DNA of 64,000 bases from a bacterium (GTDB taxonomy: Bacteria > UBA8248). Both the position numbers and the translations under genes were made by a program. A model generated the notes under the pieces. That model saw nothing but the letters and a program-made list of their open reading frames with translations, did not search any database and was not told the DNA's origin. Positions 1-11,358 of the stretch are shown one piece after another. The stretch is from contig CBDCRP010000003.1 in the NCBI GenBank assembly GCA_965221165.1, positions 128,001-192,000 on the forward strand, read 5' to 3'. How positions within the stretch are numbered: position 1 is the stretch's first letter; every line of letters starts with the position of its first letter.

Positions 1-726
1 GAGGGTGTCCATTTGGCATTGAGCGACATCTCGCCACCCAGCGCTGAGGCAGCGGCAAAAGAAATGGGAGAATTAGGCGTTACCGCCATTCCATACGCTC
101 TTGATGTGACAGATAAATGCCAATGCGTAAACATAGTAGATACAGTCGCAAAAGAATTTGGTAGCCTGGATATTGTGGTCAACAATGCCGGCGTCATTGG
201 CGGGGCGGATTTCAAACTGGGCATGCCTCTATCCGACATCAATGAAGATGATTGGGACGACACGTATAACGTCAACGTGAAAGGTGTTTTTTTGCTCTGC
301 CAGGCATCGCTTGAAAAGATGAAGGGGAAGGGCTGGGGGCGCATCATCAATATTTCCTCGCGCGCCGGGCGTGATGGCCGCGAAACCATACCCCATTACA
401 GCGCGAGCAAGGCAGCGGTGATTATTTTCACCCAGGCGCTCGCGCGCGAAGTGGCCCGCGAAGGTATTACGGTGAACGCCGTTTGTCCGGGTCTGATTTG
501 GAGCGCGATGTGGGAAAAGATAGCTACACAGCTCAGAAAAAAATTCCCAATCTTCAAAGGCAAAACGGCCAGAGAAGTTTTCGACCACTTTGTGGAGCAA
601 ACGCCTTTAGGGATCGAGCAATCGCCCGAAGATATTGGCCGAACAGTTGCATTTTTGGCGAGCGATGATGCGAAAACTATTACAGGCCAGGCCATTCTAG
701 TCGACTCAGGGGCTGTAATGCGCTGA
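1..726 (+). CDS. SDR family NAD(P)-dependent oxidoreductase (5'-truncated by window edge)
   Basis: Frame open from base 1; NNAG motif, catalytic YxxxK (YSASK), VNAVCPG, ITGQ C-terminal signature. Confidence 0.9.
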   Translation, partial: EGVHLALSDISPPSAEAAAKEMGELGVTAIPYALDVTDKCQCVNIVDTVAKEFGSLDIVVNNAGVIGGADFKLGMPLSDINEDDWDDTYNVNVKGVFLLCQASLEKMKGKGWGRIINISSRAGRDGRETIPHYSASKAAVIIFTQALAREVAREGITVNAVCPGLIWSAMWEKIATQLRKKFPIFKGKTAREVFDHFVEQTPLGIEQSPEDIGRTVAFLASDDAKTITGQAILVDSGAVMR

Positions 727-888
727 ATTTACTTTAATTGTATGCGTTGCGATATTTCATTTCAGTAACTCGTTTGACTTGTCTTTTGAGCCTTGATAGC
801 TTGCTTGTACAGAAAAAAATTCACGGGGAAATATTGGTTTTCATTTAAATAAATAACAATTTCGGAAAGTTGCTGAGGGATACGCCTC

Positions 889-1794
889 ATGGCCAAGAAG
901 TACACCGTCATGGTCATACCGAGCAACTCTAGCGGTACCCGACGCCTCAGTATAACGAGGTACATGGTGGTACTCGTGCTCCTCTGCTTTTGCTCTTTTG
1001 TCGGAATAACGCTTTACCTCGCGCAAGAGAAAATTTTATTGACGAAACATGTCTCCAAGCTCTCTCCTCTCGAACAACAAAATCAAACACAAAAAGAACT
1101 TCTTGAGAAATTCGGTACTAAACTCAAATCCCTGGACAACAACCTGATACAGCTCCGGCAACTTGAAGACCAGCTTCGCATCATGGCCTCATTAAAACCG
1201 AGCAAGCGAAAAGATAACTTAGGTGTAGGAGGCTTTTCAAAAAACGCGCTGCCTGACGACATGGAGAAACTTACACCATCTGAACAAAGATTCATCCGGA
1301 GATTAAACCGCCAATTTCAGGATATAGAAAAGCGCGCCGCCGAACAGGAAAGTGCGTTCAAAGACCTTTTGAGAGCGTTCCGCGATAAAAGTGTATTGCT
1401 CGCCCACACACCCTCTGTATGGCCCGTTAAGGGCTGGCTCTCATCCAGCTTTGGATACAGACGCTCTGCATTTACGAATCGGCGAGAATTTCATGCAGGA
1501 ATTGATGTTGTCGCAAGAGAAGGAACACCTATATTCTCTCCAGCAGATGGCCTCGTCATTGGCGTTGGAAGAAAGGGAGGGTATGGAAAAATCGTCGAGA
1601 TCAGACACATGCAGGGCATCGTGACCAAGTTCGCACACAATAGCGTTAATTTAGTGAAAGTCGGCCAACGTGTGAGAAGAGGCGATGTCATTGCCAAAGT
1701 TGGTTCCACAGGGAGATCCACCGGACCACACCTCCATTATGAAGTTCGAATAAACGGAGTCGCGATCAACCCCAGATTATACATTGTAGAATAA
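889..1794 (+). CDS. M23 family metallopeptidase (TM + coiled coil + LytM domain)
   Basis: HAGID (HxxxD) and STGPHLHYEV motifs; N-terminal TM; lies upstream of secA. Confidence 0.92.
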   Translation: MAKKYTVMVIPSNSSGTRRLSITRYMVVLVLLCFCSFVGITLYLAQEKILLTKHVSKLSPLEQQNQTQKELLEKFGTKLKSLDNNLIQLRQLEDQLRIMASLKPSKRKDNLGVGGFSKNALPDDMEKLTPSEQRFIRRLNRQFQDIEKRAAEQESAFKDLLRAFRDKSVLLAHTPSVWPVKGWLSSSFGYRRSAFTNRREFHAGIDVVAREGTPIFSPADGLVIGVGRKGGYGKIVEIRHMQGIVTKFAHNSVNLVKVGQRVRRGDVIAKVGSTGRSTGPHLHYEVRINGVAINPRLYIVE

Positions 1795-1908
1795 ACGAAA
1801 TAACTCACTATCCCGCCTGAGATATTCGCTTTTTCTCGCTAACACACCATGATAATCTACCTGAGCGCGAAAATTGATTCGTAGGCATGAACCCCAATGG
1901 AGTGATGA

Positions 1909-4731
1909 ATGGCAGGCTCGATTTTTCAATCAAGCATATCGATGTTCAACTCTGTATTCGGGACGGCGAATGATCGCCTGCTCAAAACGATTCAACCAAT
2001 AGTAGAAGAGATTAATCGTCACGAACCACGCATTCAAGAGATGACCGACGCCCAGATGCGTGAGGAGACAGAACGCTTCAAGGAGCGCCTCGCCGCTGGT
2101 GAGACGTTGGATGATATTTTGCCTGAAGCGTTCGCTTTGGTGCGTGAAGCGGGGTGGCGTCGCCTCCAAATGCGGCATTTTGACGTTCAGCTCATCGGGG
2201 GCATGATTCTCGACAGCGGAAAAATTTCCGAGATGAAAACCGGGGAGGGAAAAACCCTCGTCGCCACGCTTGCAGCCTATTTGAATGCATTAGAGGGCAA
2301 GGGCGTACACATCGTTACTGTGAACGACTATCTCGCGAGTCGCGATTCCGAATGGATGGGCCGTCTTTTCAGGGCGCTCGGGCTCAGTGTCGGTTGTATT
2401 CAGCATGGAATGAATGATGATGCGCGCCGCCTCGCCTATGCCTGTGACATTACGTATGGCACCAACAATGAGTTCGGATTCGACTACTTAAGAGATAACA
2501 TGAAGTTCGAGCCCGGCAGTTGCGTCATGCGCGAGTTGAATTACGCCATCGTGGATGAAGTGGACAGCATACTGATCGATGAAGCCAGAACCCCTCTCAT
2601 CATCAGCGGACCGGCAGATGAAGCCACGCGCATGTATGGCGTTGTGAACCGCGTGATACGCCCTCTACTGAAAGAACAACAAGGGGTTGTTGAAGAAGAG
2701 AACGAGGAAGAAGACGATGGATATGTCGAGGGCGGCAAAGATATCGTCAGCAAGAAAAAATATGAATATCTAATCGTCGATGAAAAAAGCCGAACGGTAA
2801 ATCTAAAAGAAGCGGGCGGGCATGAAGCCGAAAAACTTCTGCGTCGTTCCGGCATCATGGGGAATGACCAAAGTTTGTATGACATGAACAGCATCACGGT
2901 GCTGCACCATGTGGAACAGGCGCTCAAGGCGCATGTCCTGTTTACCAAAGACATTGATTATGTGGTGAAAGACAACGAGGTTGTCATCGTCGATGAGTTC
3001 ACCGGACGCATGATGCCCGGCCGGCGTTTTAGCGATGGCTTGCATCAGGCGATCGAGGCGAAAGAGGGCGTCAAGGTTCAGGAAGAAAATGTGACCTTGG
3101 CGACTATCACCTTCCAGAACTATTTCAGGCTTTACAACAAATTGGCCGGCATGACGGGTACGGCGGATACCGAAGCGGCGGAGTTTAATTCGACTTACAA
3201 AATAGATGTGGCCATTGTGCCGACGAACCGTGAATTGATTCGAGATGAATATCCTGATGTGGTGTATCGCTCGGAAAGAGAAAAGATGGATGCCGTCGTC
3301 GATGAGATAATTGAATGTCACGAAAGCGGCAGACCGGTTTTGGTGGGTACCATCAATATCGAAAAAAGTGAAAAACTCGCCTCGATTCTCAAGAGAAAGC
3401 GTATTCCGCATTACGTGCTCAACGCAAAAAACCATAGCAAGGAAGCGGAAATTATCGCCCAGGCAGGGAGCAAAGGAGCCGTCACTATCTCGACCAATAT
3501 GGCGGGCCGGGGAACGGACATCCTTCTTGGTGGTAATCCGGAATTTCTCGCTTCATCTAAAACGAACACGAACGAAGGACCTGAATACGAAGAGGCGTTT
3601 AAGGAATTTCAAGCATATTGCGAAGCAGAGCATGATGAAGTGGTTAAATTGGGCGGTCTTCACGTCTTGGGCACCGAGCGGCATGAAAGCCGTCGTATCG
3701 ACAACCAACTCCGTGGCCGCTCAGGGAGGCAGGGGGATCCTGGAAGTTCTCGATTCTTCCTTTCCCTCGAAGACGATTTATTACGCATTTTCGGTTCCGA
3801 CAGAATCAAGGGTTTGATGGAAAAATTAGGCATGGAAGAAGGTGTGCCCATTGAGGCGAAGATGGTGACGCGCGCCATCGAGAATGCCCAGAAACGTGTC
3901 GAGGCGCATCATTTCGAGATGCGAAAACATCTTCTCGAATATGATGACGTGATGAATAAACAACGCGAAGTCATATATTCGATGCGGCGAGAAATTCTGG
4001 AAACTACCGATGTGATCGATCAAATCAAGGAGTTCGCATCTACGATCCTCGACTCGGTCGCCGACTTGCATTTGCCGGAGTCAGAACATTTTGAAGATTG
4101 GGATATAGAAGCATTCGCGGGCGCCGTCGAAAGCCAATATGGCATCCCCGCAACGATAGAGGGGCGGAAAATCATTTTTTCGGCTTCTGAACCAATGGTG
4201 GTGGATGTAGAAGAGGAGCCGAGAGATGAACTTGCCCACAGGGTCGATGAGCTCATCCAGGGTGTTTTAGATGAAAAATATCGTGACTTCGATCCTGAAA
4301 ATATTCTGGAACTCGCAAAACTCATTTATATCCAGATACTGGATACGCAATGGAAGGATCACCTCTCCAACATTGAACAACTCAAAGAGGGGATCGGGCT
4401 GAGGGGCTATGCACAGGTGAACCCCTTGAATGAATACAAAAAAGAAGCGTTCGACATGTTTGGAACGATGACGGAAAGAATTGAAGCGGAGACGGTTCTC
4501 TATATGTACCGGCTGGATATTTCGGATGAAGACATCGCACTGGAAGAGTCGCGACAGGAACAAGAAATGGTATTCTCCCATGCGGATGCGTCGGGGTTCG
4601 GCGACGACATCGGCGGAGAGGGAATACAAACAACCAGCCCTGTAAGACGCGCCACGCCCAAGGTCGGACGCAACGAGCCTTGTCCCTGCGGCAGCGGCAG
4701 AAAATACAAGTTTTGCCACGGAAAGTCATAG
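1909..4731 (+). CDS. secA: Preprotein translocase ATPase SecA
   Basis: [49 protein letters not shown]-terminal SEC-C motif [18 protein letters not shown]. Confidence 0.99.
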   Translation: MAGSIFQSSISMFNSVFGTANDRLLKTIQPIVEEINRHEPRIQEMTDAQMREETERFKERLAAGETLDDILPEAFALVREAGWRRLQMRHFDVQLIGGMILDSGKISEMKTGEGKTLVATLAAYLNALEGKGVHIVTVNDYLASRDSEWMGRLFRALGLSVGCIQHGMNDDARRLAYACDITYGTNNEFGFDYLRDNMKFEPGSCVMRELNYAIVDEVDSILIDEARTPLIISGPADEATRMYGVVNRVIRPLLKEQQGVVEEENEEEDDGYVEGGKDIVSKKKYEYLIVDEKSRTVNLKEAGGHEAEKLLRRSGIMGNDQSLYDMNSITVLHHVEQALKAHVLFTKDIDYVVKDNEVVIVDEFTGRMMPGRRFSDGLHQAIEAKEGVKVQEENVTLATITFQNYFRLYNKLAGMTGTADTEAAEFNSTYKIDVAIVPTNRELIRDEYPDVVYRSEREKMDAVVDEIIECHESGRPVLVGTINIEKSEKLASILKRKRIPHYVLNAKNHSKEAEIIAQAGSKGAVTISTNMAGRGTDILLGGNPEFLASSKTNTNEGPEYEEAFKEFQAYCEAEHDEVVKLGGLHVLGTERHESRRIDNQLRGRSGRQGDPGSSRFFLSLEDDLLRIFGSDRIKGLMEKLGMEEGVPIEAKMVTRAIENAQKRVEAHHFEMRKHLLEYDDVMNKQREVIYSMRREILETTDVIDQIKEFASTILDSVADLHLPESEHFEDWDIEAFAGAVESQYGIPATIEGRKIIFSASEPMVVDVEEEPRDELAHRVDELIQGVLDEKYRDFDPENILELAKLIYIQILDTQWKDHLSNIEQLKEGIGLRGYAQVNPLNEYKKEAFDMFGTMTERIEAETVLYMYRLDISDEDIALEESRQEQEMVFSHADASGFGDDIGGEGIQTTSPVRRATPKVGRNEPCPCGSGRKYKFCHGKS

Positions 4732-4853
4732 CGCCGGATATCTTTGCAATAGCATCCTGCAGGCCTGTTTCCATAAAGGCGGTCATCGTTATCTTGGTGA
4801 CTTATTCGTTCAATACAAAGTGAAAAAATTTTCCTCATAATGAAGGGATAAAA

Positions 4854-5870
4854 ATGCAATTTGGCATCATGCTCAGAGGTCAATTCACCCTCGAAGATGA
4901 TATGCGGCCTCGCTTCCATGAACTGATGGAACAAGCAAGAAGAGCGGAAGAATTAGGATTCGTATCGATCACCAAGGGGAATCACTATAGCGCGTATCCG
5001 CTTCAGGATTTTCAGCAATTGCCTTTTCTCGCCCGCATCAGCGCGGAAGCACCGAAGCTGAGGCTCAATGCAGGTATCGTGCTATTGTCTCTCCATAAAC
5101 CCATGGACATGGCGGAGCAATTGGCAACGATTGACGTGATGTCAGGCGGGAAACTCATATTTGGCGCCGGGCTCGGCTATCGAGAGGTGGAATTCAGGGG
5201 ATTCGGAACAACACAAAAAGAAAGGGTGAAACGTCTCGAGGAGAATCTGGAGGCCATCAAGCGACTCTGGTCGGAAGAGAAGGTGTCGATGAAGGGCTCT
5301 CACTTCGAATTAATCGAGGCATCGTGCCCCCTAAAACCCATTCAGAAGCCACACCCCCCCATTTGGATTGGAGCCAACAGTGACGCCGGCATACGCCGCG
5401 CGGCCAGGCTGGGTGATTGCTATTACGTGAACCCCCATAATCGGCTCGACACGACAAAGCGCCAAATCGAACTTTACCGCCAGACGCTCGACGAACTCGG
5501 CAAACCTTTTCCCGATGAATTTCCAATGCGGCGTGAGGTGTTTGTCGCAACAAACCGCGCAGAAGCCATTCGGCTCAGCAAGCCCTATCTCGAGATTAAA
5601 TACCGTGAATATCACAAGTGGGGCCAAGATAAAGCCATGCCTGAAGGAGATGACGATCTGGGTCAGCAGTTTGATGATTTACTGGACAACAGGTTCATTC
5701 TAGGCTCGCCGGATGAAGTTGCAGAGGGCATGTTGGAACTGGCGGAGTTCGGCATCAATCACCTCATCATGAGCATTCAATGGCCGGGAATGCCTCAATC
5801 GCTTGTCCTGGAAACGATGCAGATGATGGCCGAGGAGGTATTTCCAAAAGTTCTGCAAGGAGTGAAATAA
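4854..5870 (+). CDS. LLM class (luciferase-like) flavin-dependent oxidoreductase
   Basis: AEQLATIDVMSGG, PIQKPHPPIWIG, GSPDEV motifs typical of the LLM family. Confidence 0.9.
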   Translation: MQFGIMLRGQFTLEDDMRPRFHELMEQARRAEELGFVSITKGNHYSAYPLQDFQQLPFLARISAEAPKLRLNAGIVLLSLHKPMDMAEQLATIDVMSGGKLIFGAGLGYREVEFRGFGTTQKERVKRLEENLEAIKRLWSEEKVSMKGSHFELIEASCPLKPIQKPHPPIWIGANSDAGIRRAARLGDCYYVNPHNRLDTTKRQIELYRQTLDELGKPFPDEFPMRREVFVATNRAEAIRLSKPYLEIKYREYHKWGQDKAMPEGDDDLGQQFDDLLDNRFILGSPDEVAEGMLELAEFGINHLIMSIQWPGMPQSLVLETMQMMAEEVFPKVLQGVK

Positions 5871-5871
5871 C

Positions 5872-7308
5872 GTGTCATTGACGCCAAATGAAGCATTGTG
5901 CCAATTTTCCCGCTCCTTGCAATTCCCGGATATCCCCCCAGAAGTAGTCCACCGGACTAAATTATTGATCCTTGATTTCATGGGAATTGCCCTGGCGGCT
6001 CGCTCCACGGAAATTGACGCGCCCCTGCGAGCCGTAGCGAATGGTATGACCGGAAGGATTCCGGACAAAGAAAACGCCTCCCATGAATTCGGCCCTTGCA
6101 GCGCGGTAGGTGAGAAAATTCGAATGCCTGCGGCAAACGCCGCTTTTTTGAACGGTGCGCTGGGGCATTCCCTGGATTTTGACGATACCCACGCGAAATC
6201 GATCGTACACACAGCGGCGCCGGTCGTACCAGCGGCTTTGGCAGGAGCGGAAGCATTCCAGAAAACGGGGCGAGATTTCATTCGAGCCTGCGTGGCCGGG
6301 TTCGAGTCGGAAATCAGGATCGGCCTAGCAGCCCCCGGCAAATTCCATGCCCGAGGCTTCCATATGACCGCAATCGCCGGATCGTTTGGCGCCGCTATCG
6401 CTTATGCCCTTCAGTGTGGATTGAGTGCGGAAAGAATGAGTTGGGCGCTTGGGATATGCGGAAGCATGGCTGCCGGGCTCTTTGAATACCTGGAGAACGG
6501 AAGCCCTGTAAAAGCGCTTCATCCGGGCTGGGCGGCACACGGCGCCATTTGTTCCACGATTCTGGCGGGCGAGGATTTTGCCGGCCCACCTACAGTGTTC
6601 GAGGGCAGATTCGGTTTGCTCAAGAGCCACCTTGGTGATGAGGAGTTCGAGATCGAAGCGCTCACACGAGGACTGGGCGAAACATGGGAAACTTTGGCCA
6701 TTGGCTTCAAGCCCTATCCCTGCGGTCATGTGATTCATGCGTTCCTGGACGCCGGACTGCGACTCAGAGACAGAGAGGAAATACATCACACGAAAATCAG
6801 AAGCCTCATATGTTACGCCGCCAAAGGGGCCATTGACCTGGTGCTTGACCCGATCGAGATGAAGCGAAAACCGCGTGGTAAATACGACGCGAAATTTTCC
6901 TTGCCGTATTGCCTGGCGAGTATTTTCGTGCGGGGCAGGTGTGGGTTGGATGATTTCGAAAAAAGCGCGACAGAAGACCCCGCGGTACTTGCTCTGGCGG
7001 ATAAGGTCTCCTTCGAGCAAGACGACACACAGGATTTTCCGAGGTTTTTCCCGGGAGTTGTAGAAGTTCGACTTGATGACGGGAGCACCTTCATCGAGGA
7101 GGAGAAACATCAAAGGGGGTGTGCTGAAAATCCATTCACGGATGACGATGTTCATGAAAAATTCAAGGACAATGCCAAGCGGAGTCTCTCGCCAGGAGAA
7201 GCAGGCGATTTCATGGCAATGGTGATGGACCTTGAGAATCTAGAGAACATGAATGCCATGGGCGAGTTGTTAAGAAAAGCAACTAGTCATCAAGCGGATC
7301 CTCGATAA
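5872..7308 (+). CDS. MmgE/PrpD family protein
   Basis: AAFLNGALGHSLDFDDTH, RGFH, FKPYPCG, AKFSLPY motifs; starts 1 nt after the LLM gene stop. Confidence 0.92.
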   Translation: MSLTPNEALCQFSRSLQFPDIPPEVVHRTKLLILDFMGIALAARSTEIDAPLRAVANGMTGRIPDKENASHEFGPCSAVGEKIRMPAANAAFLNGALGHSLDFDDTHAKSIVHTAAPVVPAALAGAEAFQKTGRDFIRACVAGFESEIRIGLAAPGKFHARGFHMTAIAGSFGAAIAYALQCGLSAERMSWALGICGSMAAGLFEYLENGSPVKALHPGWAAHGAICSTILAGEDFAGPPTVFEGRFGLLKSHLGDEEFEIEALTRGLGETWETLAIGFKPYPCGHVIHAFLDAGLRLRDREEIHHTKIRSLICYAAKGAIDLVLDPIEMKRKPRGKYDAKFSLPYCLASIFVRGRCGLDDFEKSATEDPAVLALADKVSFEQDDTQDFPRFFPGVVEVRLDDGSTFIEEEKHQRGCAENPFTDDDVHEKFKDNAKRSLSPGEAGDFMAMVMDLENLENMNAMGELLRKATSHQADPR

Positions 7309-8356
7309 CCGTAACGAAATCCGGCATGATGCGGAATCTTATCTCTTCTCCGACATCTATCCTCAAATTGGGTTGCACGCGCATTTTCAGCCGGTGTCCT
7401 TTGCCGATTTCATCAATTATTTCAACTTCCAACAACACGGACTGCCCTCCATAGCGAATGCTGCAAATCTTGGCTGAAAAGGGACCGTTCGGGTCAATTT
7501 CAAAACTCTCGGGGCGAATCGAGATAAAAGCATCCGTACCGAATTCAAGGTCTCTCATGGAGAGGCATGGCACGGCCCCGATGGTAGTCATCACCTCATC
7601 ATAACTGGTCGACAGAATGATGCCTTGTAAAATATTCGTCTGCCCGACAAAACGAGCGGTGAATTCCGTGGCAGGAAACTGATAAATTTCGCGAGGCGAT
7701 CCGCTTTGCTCCACTCTTCTATTTCGCATCACTAAAATATGGTCGCCCATATACATCGCTTCCTGGGGGTCATGCGTGACCATCAAGGTGGTAACGCCCA
7801 TTTGTTTAATCAATCCCAACGTATCTTCGCGCACTTGCACGCGGAGGCTGATGTCGAGTCCTGAAAACGGCTCGTCTAAAAGAAGAAGGCGAGGGAGAGG
7901 CGCCAATGCCCGAAGAAGAGCAACGCGCTGCTGTTGGCCGCCTGACAGGGTATGCGGATAGGCGTCCGTCAATTCCACGATGTCCATTTGGATCATGGCT
8001 CTTTGTATTTCGGCCAGCTTTTCGGGCGAAGGGTTATCAAGACCAAAGGTGATGTTGTGTAAAACATCCAGGTGAGGGAAAAGGGCATAATCTTGGAACA
8101 TGAACCCCACATTTCTTTCCTCCGGCGGTGTCTCGATCCCGCTCGCAGATTCCGATATAACCTTTTCGTCGAGACGAATCCTTCCGGATTGCAGCGAAGT
8201 GAGACCAGCCACCAGGCGCAACAACGTCGTCTTGCCGCATCCGGATGGCCCCAGCAAACATGCAACTTGACCCTCTTCGACCGTCAAGGACAAATCCTCG
8301 ATGACTTCTTTTGTTTCATATGAGTGCGATACATTTTCAATATCGAGTTTGGCCAT
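7283..8356 (-). CDS. fbpC: Fe3+ ABC transporter ATP-binding protein (FbpC-like)
   Basis: GPSGCGKT, FQDYALFPH, LSGGQQQRVAL, LLLDEPF; operon context. Confidence 0.9.
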   Translation of the reverse strand: MAKLDIENVSHSYETKEVIEDLSLTVEEGQVACLLGPSGCGKTTLLRLVAGLTSLQSGRIRLDEKVISESASGIETPPEERNVGFMFQDYALFPHLDVLHNITFGLDNPSPEKLAEIQRAMIQMDIVELTDAYPHTLSGGQQQRVALLRALAPLPRLLLLDEPFSGLDISLRVQVREDTLGLIKQMGVTTLMVTHDPQEAMYMGDHILVMRNRRVEQSGSPREIYQFPATEFTARFVGQTNILQGIILSTSYDEVMTTIGAVPCLSMRDLEFGTDAFISIRPESFEIDPNGPFSAKICSIRYGGQSVLLEVEIIDEIGKGHRLKMRVQPNLRIDVGEEIRFRIMPDFVTVIEDPLDD

Positions 8357-8370
8357 TTAGATCATGAACC

Positions 8371-10065
8371 TCATTTTTCTCCTCCGGGGCGCGCCCCTCG
8401 GATGGTGCGGCTCAAATAAATCACGGGCAACAACCCCGCCGCCACAATACTCAAAGAACCAAGGGCACTTTCTTCCAAAAGTTCATCCGAGGCCAGTTGG
8501 TGAACATGCGTGGCCAGAGTTTCAAAATTAAACGGGCGCAATATGATTGTCATCGGGAGTTCTTTCATCGTATCGACAAACACCAAAATGGCCGCCGCCA
8601 GAATACCGCCACGAATCATGGGTAAATGAATACGCTTGAGGGTTCTCATGGGTCCAAGACCCAGCGTTCGAGCGGCGCCATCCATGTTAGGCGTAATTCT
8701 CATCAGGCTGGCTTCCAACGTGCCATAGGAAAGCGCCAGGAAACGAGCCAGATATCCATAGGTAACAGCGACGATTGTGCCGCTGAAGAGCAGACCTGTG
8801 GAGATGCCAAAGGCATTTTTGAAAAATCCCTGGATCGCAACATCCACCTTTCCCATAGGGATTAGAACACCGACGGCGAGAACTGCGCCTGGAACGGCAT
8901 ATCCGATACTGGCGAACCTGGCCGCAGATTTGAGCAGCGTGTTTTCTTTTAGACGTACTCCATACGCCAGAAAAATACCTGCCGAAACTGACAGGACCGC
9001 GCCGAGTGATGACAATAACAGGCTGTTTGAAAGAATAGAATAAAAATCACGTGAAATGCTTTCCTCATAAAAACCCCAAGCGTAATAGCCCAAAACACAT
9101 GACGGCAGAATGAACCCAAACCCGATCGGCAGCACGCATAAAATCACCGCACCAAACATCTTCGCTCGCTTCAAATGATAACTTGGCAAGGCCTGGTATT
9201 TGGTGGAAGTATTATGAAACCTTTGATTGCTGCGCGATTTTCTCTCCGCCCATAAAAGAAGCAAGACAAAGCAGAGCGCGACAACGGCAAGTTGCGCAGC
9301 ACCCGACAGGTTGTTCAGGTTAAGCCACACGTCAAAAATTCCAGCCGTGAGCGTCTCCACAGCGAAGAAATCAACCGTTCCAAAATCATTCAAAGCTTCC
9401 ATCAGAACCAGACTCACACCGATGATGAGGGACGGACGCGCCGAGGGCAGGGCAATGGAAAAAAAACTCTGCCACGCGGTTTTGCCCAAAGTTCTGCTGA
9501 CCTCCAATATGCAAACTGATTGTTGAACAAAGGCGACGCGCGCGAGCAGATAGACATATGGATAAAGCGTAACCGTCATCACGAAAATTGCCCCGCCGAG
9601 AGAGCGGATTTCCGGAAACCAGTAGTCCCGACTTGATTCCCAAGCGAAGGCGCCGCGCAATAACGTCTGCACCGGGCCCGCAAATTCAAAGACGTCGGTA
9701 TATACATAGGCCACGACGTATGCGGGCATTGCCAAGGGTAAGAGCAGCGCCCATTCGAAAATTCGTCGTCCCGGGAACCGGCATAGCGTTACCAGCCATG
9801 CGGTGCCCGTCCCGATGAGCAGTGTGCCAATGCCCACCCCCAACAACAGGCCCAGAGTGGTCATTACATAGCGCGACAATACGGTCGTGAGCAGGTGATG
9901 CCAGATGTCACCACTAGGCTTAAGGGCGAGAATGCCTACCGACAGGAGAGGAGCCGCTATGAAAAATGCGAGCAGAAGGGTTCCGCCCGTCCAAAAATCT
10001 ATTTGAAACCATTTAGCCAAACGCCTCGGGAAGGCGTCTATGTTCAATCCAACACCTGCGCTCAT
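8371..10065 (-). CDS. fbpB: Fe3+ ABC transporter permease (FbpB-like, two EAA-type loops)
   Basis: Multi-TM; PLAMPAYV, DFGTVDFF, MKELP...LRPFNFETLA motifs of FbpB/FutB permeases. Confidence 0.92.
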   Translation of the reverse strand: MSAGVGLNIDAFPRRLAKWFQIDFWTGGTLLLAFFIAAPLLSVGILALKPSGDIWHHLLTTVLSRYVMTTLGLLLGVGIGTLLIGTGTAWLVTLCRFPGRRIFEWALLLPLAMPAYVVAYVYTDVFEFAGPVQTLLRGAFAWESSRDYWFPEIRSLGGAIFVMTVTLYPYVYLLARVAFVQQSVCILEVSRTLGKTAWQSFFSIALPSARPSLIIGVSLVLMEALNDFGTVDFFAVETLTAGIFDVWLNLNNLSGAAQLAVVALCFVLLLLWAERKSRSNQRFHNTSTKYQALPSYHLKRAKMFGAVILCVLPIGFGFILPSCVLGYYAWGFYEESISRDFYSILSNSLLLSSLGAVLSVSAGIFLAYGVRLKENTLLKSAARFASIGYAVPGAVLAVGVLIPMGKVDVAIQGFFKNAFGISTGLLFSGTIVAVTYGYLARFLALSYGTLEASLMRITPNMDGAARTLGLGPMRTLKRIHLPMIRGGILAAAILVFVDTMKELPMTIILRPFNFETLATHVHQLASDELLEESALGSLSIVAAGLLPVIYLSRTIRGARPGGEK

Positions 10066-10129
10066 GCCATACCAACTACCAAATTTACTTCAGACAAAAC
10101 CACCTCTTGGAACCTTTTATAAAGACGAA

Positions 10130-10179
10130 GACCCCCAAAGCCCTGTATCCATAATGAGGATATTAAGGCTTTTGGGGTC
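10130..10179 (-). terminator. Intergenic stem-loop after the binding-protein gene (partial terminator / mRNA stabiliser)
   Basis: GACCCCCAAAGCC (10130-10142) pairs with GGCTTTTGGGGTC (10167-10179); inner stem GTATCC/GGATAT. Confidence 0.6.
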
Positions 10180-10192
10180 GTGATTCTAGCAG

Positions 10193-11263
10193 CTAATTGC
10201 TCGGGCTGAAGTTATTGTAATCCACCTTGTCTACCAGTTTGGAGGCGAGGGCTCTCTTATTCGCCACCTCAGCCAAATTGATGGTATCGGCCTTGAATTT
10301 TCCCCAGGATGCAACCAATGGATGAATTTTCACGCCTTTTTTCAGTGGGTATTCATAATTCTGGTCGGCATACAGTTTTTGCGCATGTTCACCGCTCAAA
10401 AATTCGATGAGGCGAATCGCGTTTTTCCGGTTTTTCGCATGCTTGGCGACGGCGGCGCCGCTGATGTTCACATGCGTGCCCCTGTCCTTTTGATTCGGGA
10501 AAACGATGTATACCGCTTTCGCCCATTCTCTCTGAATTATCTTTTTCTTGTTTGTCGCCATTTTCGCCATGTAATACGTGTTGGCCAAAGCGAGGTCGCA
10601 TTGTCCTGCGTAAATGGCTTTCGCTTGCGCACGATCGTTGCCGCTGGGCTTGCGGGCGAGGTTGGACTTGAGGCCCACCAACCATTTCCTGGCTTTCGCT
10701 TCTCCCAAATGCGTCACTATGGAAGCGAACAAAGATACGTTGTAGACGTGTTTTCCCGAGCGCGTACAAATCCGGCCTTTCCATTTGGGATCGGCCAAAT
10801 CCTCATAGCGGGTGAGTTCACCCGGTTTTACGCGTTTTTTGCTGGCGTATACGACTCGTCCGCGCAGCGTGAGGCCGAACCAATGGCCCTCGGGATGGCG
10901 ATAGGACGAGGGGATATTCTGCTCCAACACCTTTGACTTCACGGGTTGCAACAATCCGGCCTCATCCATGTCGTGCAGTCGACCGATATCCACCGTCAAC
11001 ACCGCATCCGCTGCTCCCGGCGTCGCCTTTATTTTTTCCAGCATGCCTTTTTTCGCAAAAACGATGTTGGTCTTGATTCCGGTTTTTTCGGTGAACGCTT
11101 TCAGGATCGGTTTGATGAGAAAAGGCTGCCGGTAAGAGTAGAGGTTTACAACCTCTTCGGCGCTTGCCGTGGTCTTGCACATGGCGAGGACGGCCAGAAT
11201 GAAAAACACGGAAATTCCAAGGCATAACCTCACACGTTTTGCTTCATTCAGTACCGCAAACAT
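10193..11263 (-). CDS. fbpA: Fe3+ ABC transporter substrate-binding protein (FbpA/FutA-like)
   Basis: Start re-assigned to ATG 11263 (AGGAG upstream); signal peptide; ANTYY Tyr ligands, GTHVNISG, NYEYP motifs. Confidence 0.92.
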   Translation of the reverse strand: MFAVLNEAKRVRLCLGISVFFILAVLAMCKTTASAEEVVNLYSYRQPFLIKPILKAFTEKTGIKTNIVFAKKGMLEKIKATPGAADAVLTVDIGRLHDMDEAGLLQPVKSKVLEQNIPSSYRHPEGHWFGLTLRGRVVYASKKRVKPGELTRYEDLADPKWKGRICTRSGKHVYNVSLFASIVTHLGEAKARKWLVGLKSNLARKPSGNDRAQAKAIYAGQCDLALANTYYMAKMATNKKKIIQREWAKAVYIVFPNQKDRGTHVNISGAAVAKHAKNRKNAIRLIEFLSGEHAQKLYADQNYEYPLKKGVKIHPLVASWGKFKADTINLAEVANKRALASKLVDKVDYNNFSPSN

Positions 11264-11358
11264 TGATTCTATCTCCTGTCCAAGGGGTGTCGGCCACATG
11301 GCCATGTTGCGTGAATTCGGCTTAAGAGCGAGCCGGGGGACAACAAATTCGTGAAAAA

